Below are positions 54,858 to 64,000 of a DNA stretch of 64,000 bases, in pieces (positions within the stretch are counted from its first letter, which is position 1; every line of letters begins with the position of its first letter). This DNA is from a virus (Duplodnaviria; Caudoviricetes). The notes beneath the pieces were generated by a model that was not told the DNA's origin, ran no database searches, and was given only the letters and a program-made list of their open reading frames with translations. Position numbers and translations under genes: made by a program. The DNA lies in the IMG/VR virus record IMGVR_UViG_3300024259_000011. One strand, written 5' to 3'.

Positions 54858-56459
54858 TTATCCTTTATAAAGCCATTTGTATTCTTCGTGTTCTTTTCTG
54901 ACAGCTTCTGATTGACTTTGTTTCATTGTATCAAAAGTTCCGCCTTTTTTATAACCTATTTGACCTTGCATCTTAGTTTCTAGTTTTGAGCCTGTTTTAA
55001 TCATGGCGCCTAAGCATGCTTTCTTGTATTCAATATTGCGCGCATTGGCTACAAACGCGGTGTCTCGGACCCAGCATGCGATTGCCAACGACATAACAAG
55101 GTCATCGTTGTAGCCCCTCATAGCCTGAGGCTTCCCATTGTTCCAAATAAAAGTCTCAAGCTCGCGCAAAGTCCTGCTCGAATATATTGTAATTAGTTTA
55201 TTCCTGATAAACTCTTCCAATTTTGCGACGATCAATGGTCTTGTCTTCATGGAAGTTGTGAAACCGGGTACGGAGTTGGACATTCCTTCAGCGATGTGTT
55301 GCTCCACGTAGTCGTGCGTGGACTTCACGGAGTGATAAACATTCGGATAAGATTTGTCGATTAGTTTCTCTAAAACAGAAAAACCAACGTTATTGTTCTC
55401 AACGACAATCATGCAGTTGCCATACTCTCTGCCGGCAGAATCCAATATTGTTGCGAACATATCGAGGCTGGGCTTTCCCTGATACTCAGCTATGATTTCT
55501 AGCGTTTCGAGTTTAACTATGTGAAACACAGAATAGTCTGCGCCGTCGCCGCGTGCAACATCAGCAACCAGAACATACGAGGCGCCGGGAAGGTGTTCTT
55601 CCCAGATCCAGTAGTTCCTGTCGAACCCCGTTCTATGTTTCGGATCGGATACAGTGTCACGGATACGGGCAATGTCCTCCGGGTGGATTACCGTATCCCC
55701 GGAAGTATTAAAGTTGCACTCGAACTCTTGAGAGATTTCTCGACGAGACATGTTCCTTGTTTCTTTCTCAAACCATTCCTGATCTCGATCAGGGTGCAGA
55801 TCCCACATAAGCTTAATAGGATTAAAGTCGTTCTCTCCCGCCTCCGCGTTTACATACTTTGTATGGAACCAGTTACCAACACCGTTGGGGGTAGACAGCG
55901 AGATAACTCGCCCACCAGTTGAAATCGTAGGGTATAGACCCATCCACAGTTCATCCAAGCCGTCAATATGAGCAGCCTCATCCAGCACCAAAAGAGACAG
56001 CGCCTCAGAACGACCGGCATCGCCAGAGGTTGAAGACGCTTTAATCTGTGAGCCATTGGTTAGCTCAAATGACGTGCGGTTGTCTACTTCGATAGAGGAG
56101 ATCTGAATAAAGTCCGGAAGCCCTCTCATCATCGCCTTGACTTTCTTGACCAAGTTTGCGGCAGTGCCGAACTTAGTAGCCATAACTAGGACGTTCTTAT
56201 CACGGTGGAACAACATCATCCAAACGATGTAAGCCGCTACGATGGTAGAGATCCCCATCTGGCGGGCTTTAAGAATCACATTAAATCTGTGATCGTTGAA
56301 AGCTACCAGCAAGTCTTGCTGGAAGTCGTATGTAGCGAACGGAATAAGACCGTGAATAGGGTGAGAGATTCTGCAGTAATTGTCAATAAAATAAACTGGG
56401 TCTTTACCGCTTTTTAAAATCTCTTTTACGCTTTCCTCTTTCGATAGTTTAAAAGCCAT
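54858..56459 (-). CDS. large terminase subunit (gp17-like)
   Basis: ILKARQMGIST, Walker B LLVLDEAAH, STPNG, QEFECNF, nuclease ADVARGDG.DYS, DDLVMSLA. Confidence 0.95.
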   Translation of the reverse strand: MAFKLSKEESVKEILKSGKDPVYFIDNYCRISHPIHGLIPFATYDFQQDLLVAFNDHRFNVILKARQMGISTIVAAYIVWMMLFHRDKNVLVMATKFGTAANLVKKVKAMMRGLPDFIQISSIEVDNRTSFELTNGSQIKASSTSGDAGRSEALSLLVLDEAAHIDGLDELWMGLYPTISTGGRVISLSTPNGVGNWFHTKYVNAEAGENDFNPIKLMWDLHPDRDQEWFEKETRNMSRREISQEFECNFNTSGDTVIHPEDIARIRDTVSDPKHRTGFDRNYWIWEEHLPGASYVLVADVARGDGADYSVFHIVKLETLEIIAEYQGKPSLDMFATILDSAGREYGNCMIVVENNNVGFSVLEKLIDKSYPNVYHSVKSTHDYVEQHIAEGMSNSVPGFTTSMKTRPLIVAKLEEFIRNKLITIYSSRTLRELETFIWNNGKPQAMRGYNDDLVMSLAIACWVRDTAFVANARNIEYKKACLGAMIKTGSKLETKMQGQIGYKKGGTFDTMKQSQSEAVRKEHEEYKWLYKG

Positions 56460-56465
56460 GCCATC

Positions 56466-57032
56466 TTAGTCGTTCTTTCTTGTCACGTTGGAAGGCTTTT
56501 TGGTTCCAGAGAACTTGTCCTTACCCATGCCCAGCCAACTCTTGATTGCTGAGTCTACGTCACGGTTTGCTGAGCCGTTGTCTGAATCTTCTACTTCTTT
56601 CAAGCCGCCGATCTTATATACCTGACAAGCCTTAACGGATGTTCTGATTCTGGAAATGTATTCTACTAGGATATCACAATCCCCTTCCTTGCTCAAGGTT
56701 AGCCCGTCGCCGGTCACCTTCTTATATTCGCTGCGAAGATACTTTGCAACGTTGGCGACCTTCTCGTTAATAACATCCTCAAAACCAGATTCGTGTACGT
56801 GCTTAAGCATACAATCATATTGATAGCTGATGATCAATCGATTGCCTTGGAAGCGTATGCCAAAGCCGTCCATTGCGGCGCCTCGGGAGTCCGTGATAAC
56901 GTCTCCCTCCTCACGGAAAAGACCGATCTTGCGCGCCTCGCCGTCATATGAATACTTCTCGTCATGCCCGCCGTCATAAGCGTTCGCTGCAGCTTGCGAG
57001 AGTCCTCTGATTACTTCAAGTGTTGTTGCCAT
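56466..57032 (-). CDS. hypothetical protein
   Basis: 188-aa ORF with GGAG SD immediately upstream of the terminase gene. Confidence 0.7.
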   Translation of the reverse strand: MATTLEVIRGLSQAAANAYDGGHDEKYSYDGEARKIGLFREEGDVITDSRGAAMDGFGIRFQGNRLIISYQYDCMLKHVHESGFEDVINEKVANVAKYLRSEYKKVTGDGLTLSKEGDCDILVEYISRIRTSVKACQVYKIGGLKEVEDSDNGSANRDVDSAIKSWLGMGKDKFSGTKKPSNVTRKND

Positions 57033-57426
57033 TTGTTTTATTATCTCCTAGTTGTGGACGCCAGCCTGTTTTCCAACGTTCTTCGCGGTCTTCGACGTAC
57101 TGAATGTAACAGCCGAAGCAGCATTTGAACTTATTCATATACACATCATCTTTTTTGTCAAATGAGTATATCTCGCAAACCGGACATGTCCTGTTGGTTT
57201 CTCTACTAAGTAGTTTTTGAGAAACTAAAATGCCATTAACTTCAACCTTCTCCACTTTCTGTGCGAGTTCATTCATTCGCTGATTGCGGGTCTTAAGTTG
57301 TTCGACGAAATCATGCTCCTTTTCCTCAGTCCAGTTTCGACGTGGGTTTTGAACAGTTTCTTTACCGTATTTATCGGCAATGGCTTTCTCAATCTTAATA
57401 ACATAGTTGGGGTCTTTCTTTCCCAT
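57016..57426 (-). CDS. hypothetical zinc-finger protein
   Basis: CPVC...CCFGC; likely start MGKKDP at 57426. Confidence 0.7.
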   Translation of the reverse strand: MGKKDPNYVIKIEKAIADKYGKETVQNPRRNWTEEKEHDFVEQLKTRNQRMNELAQKVEKVEVNGILVSQKLLSRETNRTCPVCEIYSFDKKDDVYMNKFKCCFGCYIQYVEDREERWKTGWRPQLGDNKTNGNNT

Positions 57427-57427
57427 T

Positions 57428-57898
57428 CTACTTTCCCGACGCAGAAAGTACCGCGTATACAATGCCCAGCGTAATCATGGCGCCGCCGGTTGCACCGCCG
57501 GCAATCCACCAAGCCCTGTTAGATGGGGCGCTGGTGTTAATGAGCCGCTGCAGTTCAGCGATCTCTGTGTCTTTCTGAGTTACTGTGAGTTTATACTCTT
57601 CGCTCAGTGCTGTATAACTTGAGTTAACCGTGTCCATTCTAAGCTTAAACTCCGTGGACTGTACATCAAGCTGATACTCTAATTCTAAATCAAACTCAAG
57701 CCGAAGTGATTCCGGCATCGCCAATAACTCTGCGGTTGCTCTAGGGTTGAACAAGGTTCCACGGAATGGCGCAGGCTGCTGATAATCCTGAAAAGTGAAT
57801 TGGGGAGTTGCGGCATCGGCTGGTTCCTCGGCAAAAGCCGGGGGACCAAACGCTAGGCAAAAGGTTAATAATATTTTACTCCACATACTCAAAGCCAA
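57428..57898 (-). CDS. exported coiled-coil protein with C-terminal TM (spanin-like candidate)
   Basis: Signal peptide ending AFA, coiled coil, C-terminal hydrophobic WWIAGG...LGIVYAV. Confidence 0.5.
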   Translation of the reverse strand: MALSMWSKILLTFCLAFGPPAFAEEPADAATPQFTFQDYQQPAPFRGTLFNPRATAELLAMPESLRLEFDLELEYQLDVQSTEFKLRMDTVNSSYTALSEEYKLTVTQKDTEIAELQRLINTSAPSNRAWWIAGGATGGAMITLGIVYAVLSASGK

Positions 57899-58295
57899 AC
57901 TCCTGTTCGATCTGTTCCGCCACCCCTTCAGGGTGCTCAGACCACTCTCTCTCGATTTTATTAATCTTGCGGTTTCTCTCTCTTTCTAACTCTTCTCTGG
58001 TTTTTTCGTATTCTTCTTCAATCGCTGCTATCGATTCCAGAAAGCTCTCCATAAGGAGTTGTTGTTCGCGAAGCTGTGTTTCGTGAATCACTTTAAGCCC
58101 TTCAATCTGGGCTTGAGAAGACTCAATCCGAGTCTGGTATGCTGTTTCCATTGACCTGTAGTCGCTTTGCATCTTGAGAAAGAGTGCTATCGACAATGCC
58201 AAAATGAGCAGAATCTTCCAATGCTTGATAGCAAAGGGCAGCACCCTCTCCCATGTCGAAGAAAGTACTGCCCATGCAGCGCGTAGCTGAATCAT
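57876..58295 (-). CDS. N-anchored coiled-coil protein (i-spanin-like candidate)
   Basis: TM ILLILALSIALFL followed by a long charged coiled coil. Confidence 0.5.
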   Translation of the reverse strand: MIQLRAAWAVLSSTWERVLPFAIKHWKILLILALSIALFLKMQSDYRSMETAYQTRIESSQAQIEGLKVIHETQLREQQLLMESFLESIAAIEEEYEKTREELERERNRKINKIEREWSEHPEGVAEQIEQEFGFEYVE

Positions 58296-58489
58296 TCTAG
58301 TCCCTTAAGTTTGGCAATGCCATCAATGACAGTTTGTCCACCGATATAAATGCCAGAGATAATGACCCAATCTGACGATTCAAGCCCTGCGTAAATCATC
58401 AGTGCTGTGGCTGTGAGCCACACCATGAACTTACGAGATATCATCTTCTCGATCAGTCTATCCAGTTTTCCTTTTGCTACTGCCATCAT
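58292..58489 (-). CDS. small 2-TM protein (holin-like)
   Basis: SRKFMVWLTATALM...WVIISGIYIGGQ..ID; GGAGG SD. Confidence 0.55.
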   Translation of the reverse strand: MMAVAKGKLDRLIEKMISRKFMVWLTATALMIYAGLESSDWVIISGIYIGGQTVIDGIAKLKGLE

Positions 58490-58498
58490 AGTTACCTC

Positions 58499-58690
58499 CT
58501 ACAGCCAGCCAAGGACCGTGGGGGCGCACCTACCTGCGAGTGCTGCCGCTCCAAGCAAAAGCCACCAACTAAGGCGATGGTGTCCATCGCGAACTTCAGC
58601 CCAAACACCGCCGAGCACATTTCTAACGAGGTTAAGAGTCCCGGGAACTAAGCCCCATACTCTACCTGCCATATTTTTCATCCAATCCAT
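58499..58690 (-). CDS. small membrane protein
   Basis: 63 aa with a hydrophobic C-terminus; GGAGG SD. Confidence 0.5.
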   Translation of the reverse strand: MDWMKNMAGRVWGLVPGTLNLVRNVLGGVWAEVRDGHHRLSWWLLLGAAALAGRCAPTVLGWL

Positions 58691-58703
58691 TCTGAAAATC
58701 CTC

Positions 58704-61700
58704 CTATTGGTTCACAAATGCATAGCCATCGTTCTTATCGATAGTGATTTGTGTATCTACACAATCCTTCAGGCTATCCAAGTGTGAAATCAGAAGTACT
58801 GTTTTAAAGTACGTCTTAATTAGTTCCAAGATACGAATAAACCCTTCCATATTCTCTTCATCGAGTGCAGTACCCGGCTCATCAAGAATGAAAAGGTCAC
58901 CCTTTGGCAAGGAAGACACGCTGAGAAGTGACAGTCGGATTGCCATGGCAGCCAGTGTCTTCTCAGCGCCGGAACCCATCTCAAGCGGTCGAGGCTCATG
59001 TCTGGGATGTTTAATAAACACGTTCATCTTCTTACCGTCATCTTCAAAGAAGATTTCAAAGTCTACGATGTTCGCCAGCACCTTTGCGATCTCTTCATTA
59101 ATAACCGGAAGCTTCTTCTTGATAATGTCATACGCAATGCCATTGGAATGCATGCATCGCATAAACAAATCGTAAGCTGCATAGCGTTTCTGCAGTTCTA
59201 CCAACTCTTGCTTAGATCCCGTCAAGTTTTCAATCTTACTTTCAATCGAGCCGTGTTCTTTGTGCAATCCCATGAACTCGCTGTTCAATACTTCAAGTTT
59301 AATCTTGGCTGATGCAGCCTTCGTTTGTGCCAAGTCCCGATCCTTTAGCAGCGCCTCTAGGTTTTCAATAGCATCGCGGTTCTCTTCGTAATTTCGCTCG
59401 TTGACTTCTAACTCAGTAATCTCTTTCTCGATACGCATGATAGAGGTCTTATTTTTTTGAACCTGCAAACGGCAAGCCGCGATCTCGCCAGACAAGTCGG
59501 CAGACTTCCGGAGCAAATCTTCATAACGGCGCAGGTGTCGCTGAACCCTCTCAGGTTCCAAGTCAGTCACACGTACTTCTAGTGCTGCGACCTTCTCGCT
59601 AATCTCGCGAACAAGCTTTTCGTTTACCGGCAAGGACGCGACCGCGACGTGAGCATCGCGAATGAACTTGCACTTGGGATATTCCGTACCACAAGGGATC
59701 CCCTCTAACAGCTTCCCTTTCTTTTTGTTTCTCTCAAGGTCTGAACGTTCTGACTTGAGTTCTGTACCCAATATGCCTTGACTCTCCATCAGTTGCTCAA
59801 TCTGCGTTTGCTGTTCCCGATAAGCCTCAACCTCAAAGGTGCTGATAAAGTTGTCCACACGGATGCGTGTAGATTCCTTTTGATTGCACTCGGATTGGAT
59901 CTCTTTGTTCTTGGAACTTAGACTGCTGACCTTGTATCTCTTGTCTTTGAGCCTCTGCTTAATATTGGCGATGTCCACAATGTCTGCCGGGACGCTATCG
60001 ATCTTGCGCCCGAAGTCATCTACGCACTGCTTATAGCGCTCATGTGATTGTTTGACTGTTTCTAACGATTGCTTGCAAACGCCTAAGCTTTCAAGCACTT
60101 GCGCCTCAGCCGATTCCTGTTCCGCGATTTCCGCCTCATAGTCCCTCTCTTCAAGTCTCTTGAGGGCGCCCTTCATATCCGCGCTGTCTTCCTTCGCTAG
60201 CTTGAACTTTTTTTCAAAAACTTCTAGGTCGAGAAATTTTGCGAAGATTTCTTTGCGGCGGGTCGTGCCTTCATTAATAAATTGTAAGGCGCCATGTTGT
60301 GAAGACATTGACGATAACAGGAAGTCATCAAGGGTACCCACAATCTTGCGAATGTTCTTGTCTGTCTCATTGCGAGTCAAGCCATTTTCGCTAATCGTAT
60401 CACCTGTGACTATGTTCTCTGAAGTGAACTCCAAGTTCGTCTTCGCCTCCATAGTCTCCTCGCCCTTCAGCTTCTTAACGTACTTTTCGCATCCGCGCTC
60501 AACAGTATATACATTCTCGCCGATCAGGAACTCCACAGTTGCTGAGCAGTCTTCCTTATGTTGGTTGATCACGTTAAGGTTCTTGCGTTCATTCTTGGAT
60601 GTAGAATTGAAAAGAGTGAACAGGAGCCCATCAATGATGCTGCTCTTGCCGCTGTAGTTCTTTCCAAAGATCCCGACGATGCCGTTCATCTTCCCAAAAT
60701 CAAGCTTGTTCCCTTCACCAAAGTTAAACAGGTTATCGAACTTGAATGAGCTTAGCTTCCAGTTTACGTTTCTGGTAATCTCTTCTTCCTTCTCGACGAT
60801 GCGGTTGTAATACCCGTTGATGGAATGCACTTCTTCCATCAAGTCATCGTCTACCTCGTACTCTTTAAGGTATTCCTCGATGAGTTCTTCCTGTACGACA
60901 GGATCGCGAAGGTCTTCCTTCACAAGATTATAAGTGAGCGCGTCTACGCTGCCTCGCTCTCCAGCAGCACGATTAAGAAATGTAATCGACTCTGGCTTGA
61001 AGCGATGCTTGGCAACATCAATAGCCTTCTTCATTTTGTTCAGAGGAAGGTTATTGTTTGACACCAAACGCAAGCGGGCGCCTCGGGGCACATCCGTGTT
61101 CTTCGGCATCCGACCCTTCGGTGTCAACTCAATTGTCATGAAAGGCTTGGGGTTTTTGAAAACGACATGCTCACACTTGAAAGTTTCCTTGTCTGTGATA
61201 TCCCAAATCAGCAGTCCCTTGTCATTCGTTTCACCATGGTTCTGTTGAATCGTAGAGCCCGGGTATCGCACCTTACCTTCTGTGTCAAGAATCTGATTTG
61301 TCTTGTGGATATCTCCCAAGAACGCAAAATCAAACTTGTCAAAGATCTTAATGTCGTGTTCGCCATGAGTCATGACCCATCCCGCGTCGGTCTTGACACC
61401 AGAAATCGAGCCGTGATACAGGGCGATATTGATTTTATCCGTATCAGTTGGAACAACCCAGTTGTCCTCATCGAACACCGATAGCACGTTTAGCGTATAG
61501 TCGGCGTTTAAAGCCGTTTCTCCGGCGTTCTTAAGCAGATGCAGGTCTGGACATGCCAAGGCATCTACAATCGGCGTGATGGCATCCTGACGGCTGCTAT
61601 TGCGTAGGTTACCATCGTGGTTGCCCAAGATGATATATGTTGGAGCAATCGATGACAGATTGCGAAAGAAATCAGTGCATAGTTCCACGAACTCTGGAGA

Positions 61701-61856
61701 GATCTGAGTCTTCGTGTGAGCAATGTCTCCGCAGTGTACGATACAATCTACTTCTTCTTCCCGTAGAGTTTCGTATAGCTGCTTGAAAACCTCCTTGTAT
61801 TCATAATGATACTTTAGATTCTTGATGTGCGTATCTGCAATGTGAGCAAACTTCAT
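58704..61856 (-). CDS. SbcD-SbcC (Mre11-Rad50; T4 gp47-gp46) fusion, 1050 aa
   Basis: Phosphoesterase motifs DTH, GD, GNHD, GDIH, then Walker A GKNYSGKSS, coiled coil with CGTEYPKC hook, signature GSGAE, Walker B LDEPGTALD and H-loop LISH, all in one uninterrupted ORF. Confidence 0.93.
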   Translation of the reverse strand: MKFAHIADTHIKNLKYHYEYKEVFKQLYETLREEEVDCIVHCGDIAHTKTQISPEFVELCTDFFRNLSSIAPTYIILGNHDGNLRNSSRQDAITPIVDALACPDLHLLKNAGETALNADYTLNVLSVFDEDNWVVPTDTDKINIALYHGSISGVKTDAGWVMTHGEHDIKIFDKFDFAFLGDIHKTNQILDTEGKVRYPGSTIQQNHGETNDKGLLIWDITDKETFKCEHVVFKNPKPFMTIELTPKGRMPKNTDVPRGARLRLVSNNNLPLNKMKKAIDVAKHRFKPESITFLNRAAGERGSVDALTYNLVKEDLRDPVVQEELIEEYLKEYEVDDDLMEEVHSINGYYNRIVEKEEEITRNVNWKLSSFKFDNLFNFGEGNKLDFGKMNGIVGIFGKNYSGKSSIIDGLLFTLFNSTSKNERKNLNVINQHKEDCSATVEFLIGENVYTVERGCEKYVKKLKGEETMEAKTNLEFTSENIVTGDTISENGLTRNETDKNIRKIVGTLDDFLLSSMSSQHGALQFINEGTTRRKEIFAKFLDLEVFEKKFKLAKEDSADMKGALKRLEERDYEAEIAEQESAEAQVLESLGVCKQSLETVKQSHERYKQCVDDFGRKIDSVPADIVDIANIKQRLKDKRYKVSSLSSKNKEIQSECNQKESTRIRVDNFISTFEVEAYREQQTQIEQLMESQGILGTELKSERSDLERNKKKGKLLEGIPCGTEYPKCKFIRDAHVAVASLPVNEKLVREISEKVAALEVRVTDLEPERVQRHLRRYEDLLRKSADLSGEIAACRLQVQKNKTSIMRIEKEITELEVNERNYEENRDAIENLEALLKDRDLAQTKAASAKIKLEVLNSEFMGLHKEHGSIESKIENLTGSKQELVELQKRYAAYDLFMRCMHSNGIAYDIIKKKLPVINEEIAKVLANIVDFEIFFEDDGKKMNVFIKHPRHEPRPLEMGSGAEKTLAAMAIRLSLLSVSSLPKGDLFILDEPGTALDEENMEGFIRILELIKTYFKTVLLISHLDSLKDCVDTQITIDKNDGYAFVNQ

Positions 61857-61867
61857 TTTTTACCTTC

Positions 61868-62812
61868 TCAAATTCGGATAGAAGACAGGGCATCACTCAG
61901 AATGTATGAGCTATCTTCTATCCGTTTTGCTGCCGCTTTTCTAACAGCAAACTCTTCTCTTGTTATTGCGCCGACATCTTCGATATCGGCAGTATCAATC
62001 TTGTGTAGTTCCATATCGTACTGCAACAAGTTCTTGATGATTTTGTGTTCCTTATAGGTGGCATCCGAGTCCAGAGCCAAATAGACTTTTGGACCCTCCG
62101 ATATCAAACGGCTGAATACTTTAGTATAGTTGTTCAGCGTGGAGCCTAGAATCGGAATTGCATTTCCTGCAACGATTGCGTCAAACACTCCCTCGACCAG
62201 AACGATGTCATCGTCCCAATCAAGGTATAGTTCGTTAAAAACGATATCGCGACTGGCTTGCGGATTTTTATACCGCATCCAAGCGCCGTCGTACGAACGC
62301 GCAATAAAATAATTTACATAGCCCTCGGTGTCAAAGCTGGGAATGATAATCCTCCCCGCATATTCTCCCGATGGGCAGTAACCAATCTTCCACTCAAGAA
62401 TCTCTTTCTTACCAATACCTCGCGCCCTCAAATAGTTGACAGCGGGAAGTGTAGCCGGAGAAAGAGAATCCTTAGTGAGAGTTCGGAATTCATCTGGTAG
62501 GTTTACTCTTTGTATTATAACATCGTCGTCCTCGTTTGTTGAAAAAATATTGTCAAAATCACTAATGTCGTGGCGACCAGTGAGCTTATCCCACTCTGCC
62601 ACCATGCCATAGTTACCGAACTTACGAATCAGCCGCCGGACATTCTTGCCCTTAGCATCGCAAATCCAGCACTTATATACGTTCGCACTGACATTCACCG
62701 AAAGCTTGTGCTTGTGGTGCTTGCAGAACGGACAATAGAACAGCGTTTCGTTGCCGGCAGTGCGATACTCGCCGAGACAAGACGCAACAATTTTCAGCTT
62801 TTCCCTATGCAT
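61868..62812 (-). CDS. DNA primase (Zn ribbon plus TOPRIM)
   Basis: CPFCKHH...YKCWIC, YLRARGI, LVEGVFD, LALDSD. Confidence 0.9.
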   Translation of the reverse strand: MHREKLKIVASCLGEYRTAGNETLFYCPFCKHHKHKLSVNVSANVYKCWICDAKGKNVRRLIRKFGNYGMVAEWDKLTGRHDISDFDNIFSTNEDDDVIIQRVNLPDEFRTLTKDSLSPATLPAVNYLRARGIGKKEILEWKIGYCPSGEYAGRIIIPSFDTEGYVNYFIARSYDGAWMRYKNPQASRDIVFNELYLDWDDDIVLVEGVFDAIVAGNAIPILGSTLNNYTKVFSRLISEGPKVYLALDSDATYKEHKIIKNLLQYDMELHKIDTADIEDVGAITREEFAVRKAAAKRIEDSSYILSDALSSIRI

Positions 62813-62820
62813 ACAACAGT

Positions 62821-62849
62821 AGTATACCGCGTACGGCGGCTGTTGTCAA
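62821..62849 (-). promoter_or_regulatory. sigma70-like promoter TTGACA-17-TATACT
   Basis: Directly upstream of the primase ATG, with no room for an SD (possible leaderless or short-leader mRNA). Confidence 0.7.
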
Positions 62850-63385
62850 GAGATATCTTCAAATAACTTAATGCCGGCGAGCGCAATAACGATTGCGTCT
62901 GCTCGATCATCAGTTCCCGGCTGGGGATTCCCTTTGTAGGTCAGGTTATATTGAAACCCTTCATTAAACCTTTCTTTAATATAATCGATTACGACCTTCT
63001 TTGCAAGGTTTTTTTTGCCTTTTCCTCTAGGAATTTTAATCCCTAATGTCTTTCGGGCGTTGCGTACGTCGATTAGCTCCGGGTTCTCTTTGAAAACTTT
63101 TCGACATGCATAAGAGCACATGCCGTTAAAGCGCTGCAACTTTGCCATAACGTGTGCTGTTGAACCAGAACGAAAGTTAATCGCTGCCTTTTCAACAAAC
63201 ACATAGTACGGTGAATACTTGCTTTCGATTTTGCGCATTATCGACTCAAAGATCACTGCGCGATCCTCAAGAGGAAGTTCGGACTTAAACTTAATTATGT
63301 CACTATGCAATAGCTCGTCATTGCCGTCGAGAACGGCGATGCCGATTTTTGTGGTGCTGATATCCAGCCCCAATGTATTACTCAT
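62846..63385 (-). CDS. RuvC-like Holliday junction resolvase
   Basis: LGLDIS, VFVEK, DRADAIVIA acidic triad of the RNase H fold. Confidence 0.8.
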   Translation of the reverse strand: MSNTLGLDISTTKIGIAVLDGNDELLHSDIIKFKSELPLEDRAVIFESIMRKIESKYSPYYVFVEKAAINFRSGSTAHVMAKLQRFNGMCSYACRKVFKENPELIDVRNARKTLGIKIPRGKGKKNLAKKVVIDYIKERFNEGFQYNLTYKGNPQPGTDDRADAIVIALAGIKLFEDIS

Positions 63386-64000
63386 TTAGAAGTCTACTTT
63401 TAATTTGAATGTGAACTCACGTTCGGGGGTTTTCTTGACTGGCTTCGCAACCTTCGCGACCCCGATGCAGTTCATATCTTCGTCATATATTTTGATCATG
63501 CTAATGAAGGTTGTCTTTTTAAAGCTGCCAGTAACACTGTTGTATTCGCTATAAGCGATATTGTTAACTTGTTGTTTGTCATACTCTCTATAGATCGTAG
63601 AGCCTGTGATTGTTTCGACTGATCCTGAGGCGTCCCACGAAGAAGAGTGTGCAACATATGTAGGATTGTTAGAGTGGTTGAGGCGGTTCTTAGGAGCGTG
63701 AGCCAGCATGGTCACGGTTGGAATGTAGTTTATGCCATTGAAAGCAATCTCAAATGATGATCCGGTGACTCCAAACTTTTCACCGTTGATCTCTGTTGGG
63801 ACCAACTGCTTGCCGCCATCGCCATCGGTGCCTCCGTTCGGGGTACCCATGTGCTGAGCGGGGATACCATATCCGAAGTAAACCCATTGAGACGTAACAT
63901 AGTCTCCTTCGCCGCCATTCCTATAGTCTCTCCCTATTGTATCAATATCCCACGAACCTGTCAAGAGAAAAATGCCAGCATCATATAAGACTACGCCGGC
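63386..64000 (-). CDS. C-terminal part of a probable structural protein, 5' end outside the window
   Basis: Frame stays open to 64000 (AGVVLYDAGIFLLTGSW...); ends ISMIKIYDE...VAKVAKPVKKTP...KLKVDF. Confidence 0.65.
   Translation of the reverse strand, partial: AGVVLYDAGIFLLTGSWDIDTIGRDYRNGGEGDYVTSQWVYFGYGIPAQHMGTPNGGTDGDGGKQLVPTEINGEKFGVTGSSFEIAFNGINYIPTVTMLAHAPKNRLNHSNNPTYVAHSSSWDASGSVETITGSTIYREYDKQQVNNIAYSEYNSVTGSFKKTTFISMIKIYDEDMNCIGVAKVAKPVKKTPEREFTFKLKVDF

Noticed and set aside
159-63918. Many + strand ORFs and short out-of-frame - strand ORFs in the track (e.g. 24605-25300, 38351-38959, 60160-60657)
   Set aside because: They lie antisense to or within well-supported minus-strand genes, lack SD or motifs, and are expected shadow ORFs.
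1-64000. CRISPR array, tRNA genes, integrase/transposase, introns or inteins
   Set aside because: No repeat-spacer series or cloverleaf was seen by eye. Intergenic gaps are short, and RNR, terminase, helicase and RecA have normal lengths without intein motifs. A tRNAscan run would confirm.
1-64000. Genome-wide stop-codon reassignment
   Set aside because: Large conserved genes are intact under code 11, and TAA, TAG and TGA all end genes at expected positions.

Overview
64 kb segment of a large, apparently lytic, contractile-tailed dsDNA phage with distant T4-like head and tail architecture. Every credible gene is on the minus strand and most + strand ORFs in the track are antisense shadows. 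In transcription order (high to low coordinate) the window holds: (1) a truncated structural-type gene, RuvC-like resolvase, primase, an SbcD-SbcC (Mre11-Rad50) fusion and a block of small membrane proteins; (2) a head module with large terminase, portal, prohead protease, a ribosomal protein bS21, a 1772-aa fibre, scaffold and major capsid; (3) neck, tail and baseplate genes (sheath, tube, chaperone, tape measure, LysM-like wedge, hub-like); (4) a replication and nucleotide module with family A polymerase, FtsZ/tubulin-like protein, gp32-like SSB, Dam methylase plus a PD-(D/E)xK nuclease-like gene, RecA, deaminase, 5'-3' exonuclease, DnaB-like helicase, class II RNR, GroES-like protein and a truncated DnaE. 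Two promoter classes are visible: sigma70-like, and a recurrent ACTAHTTAH late-type motif. The best leads are a likely +1/-2 frameshift in the tail chaperone, proteins with W-x-x-F-L-x-E leaders behind late-type promoters (candidate capsid-targeted cargo including a nuclease), repeated pseudoknot-like elements after the SSB gene, an unannotated 22-codon ORF ending Gly-Cys-UGA plus hairpin, and a divergent tubulin. All product calls come from motif recognition by eye; no database search was run.
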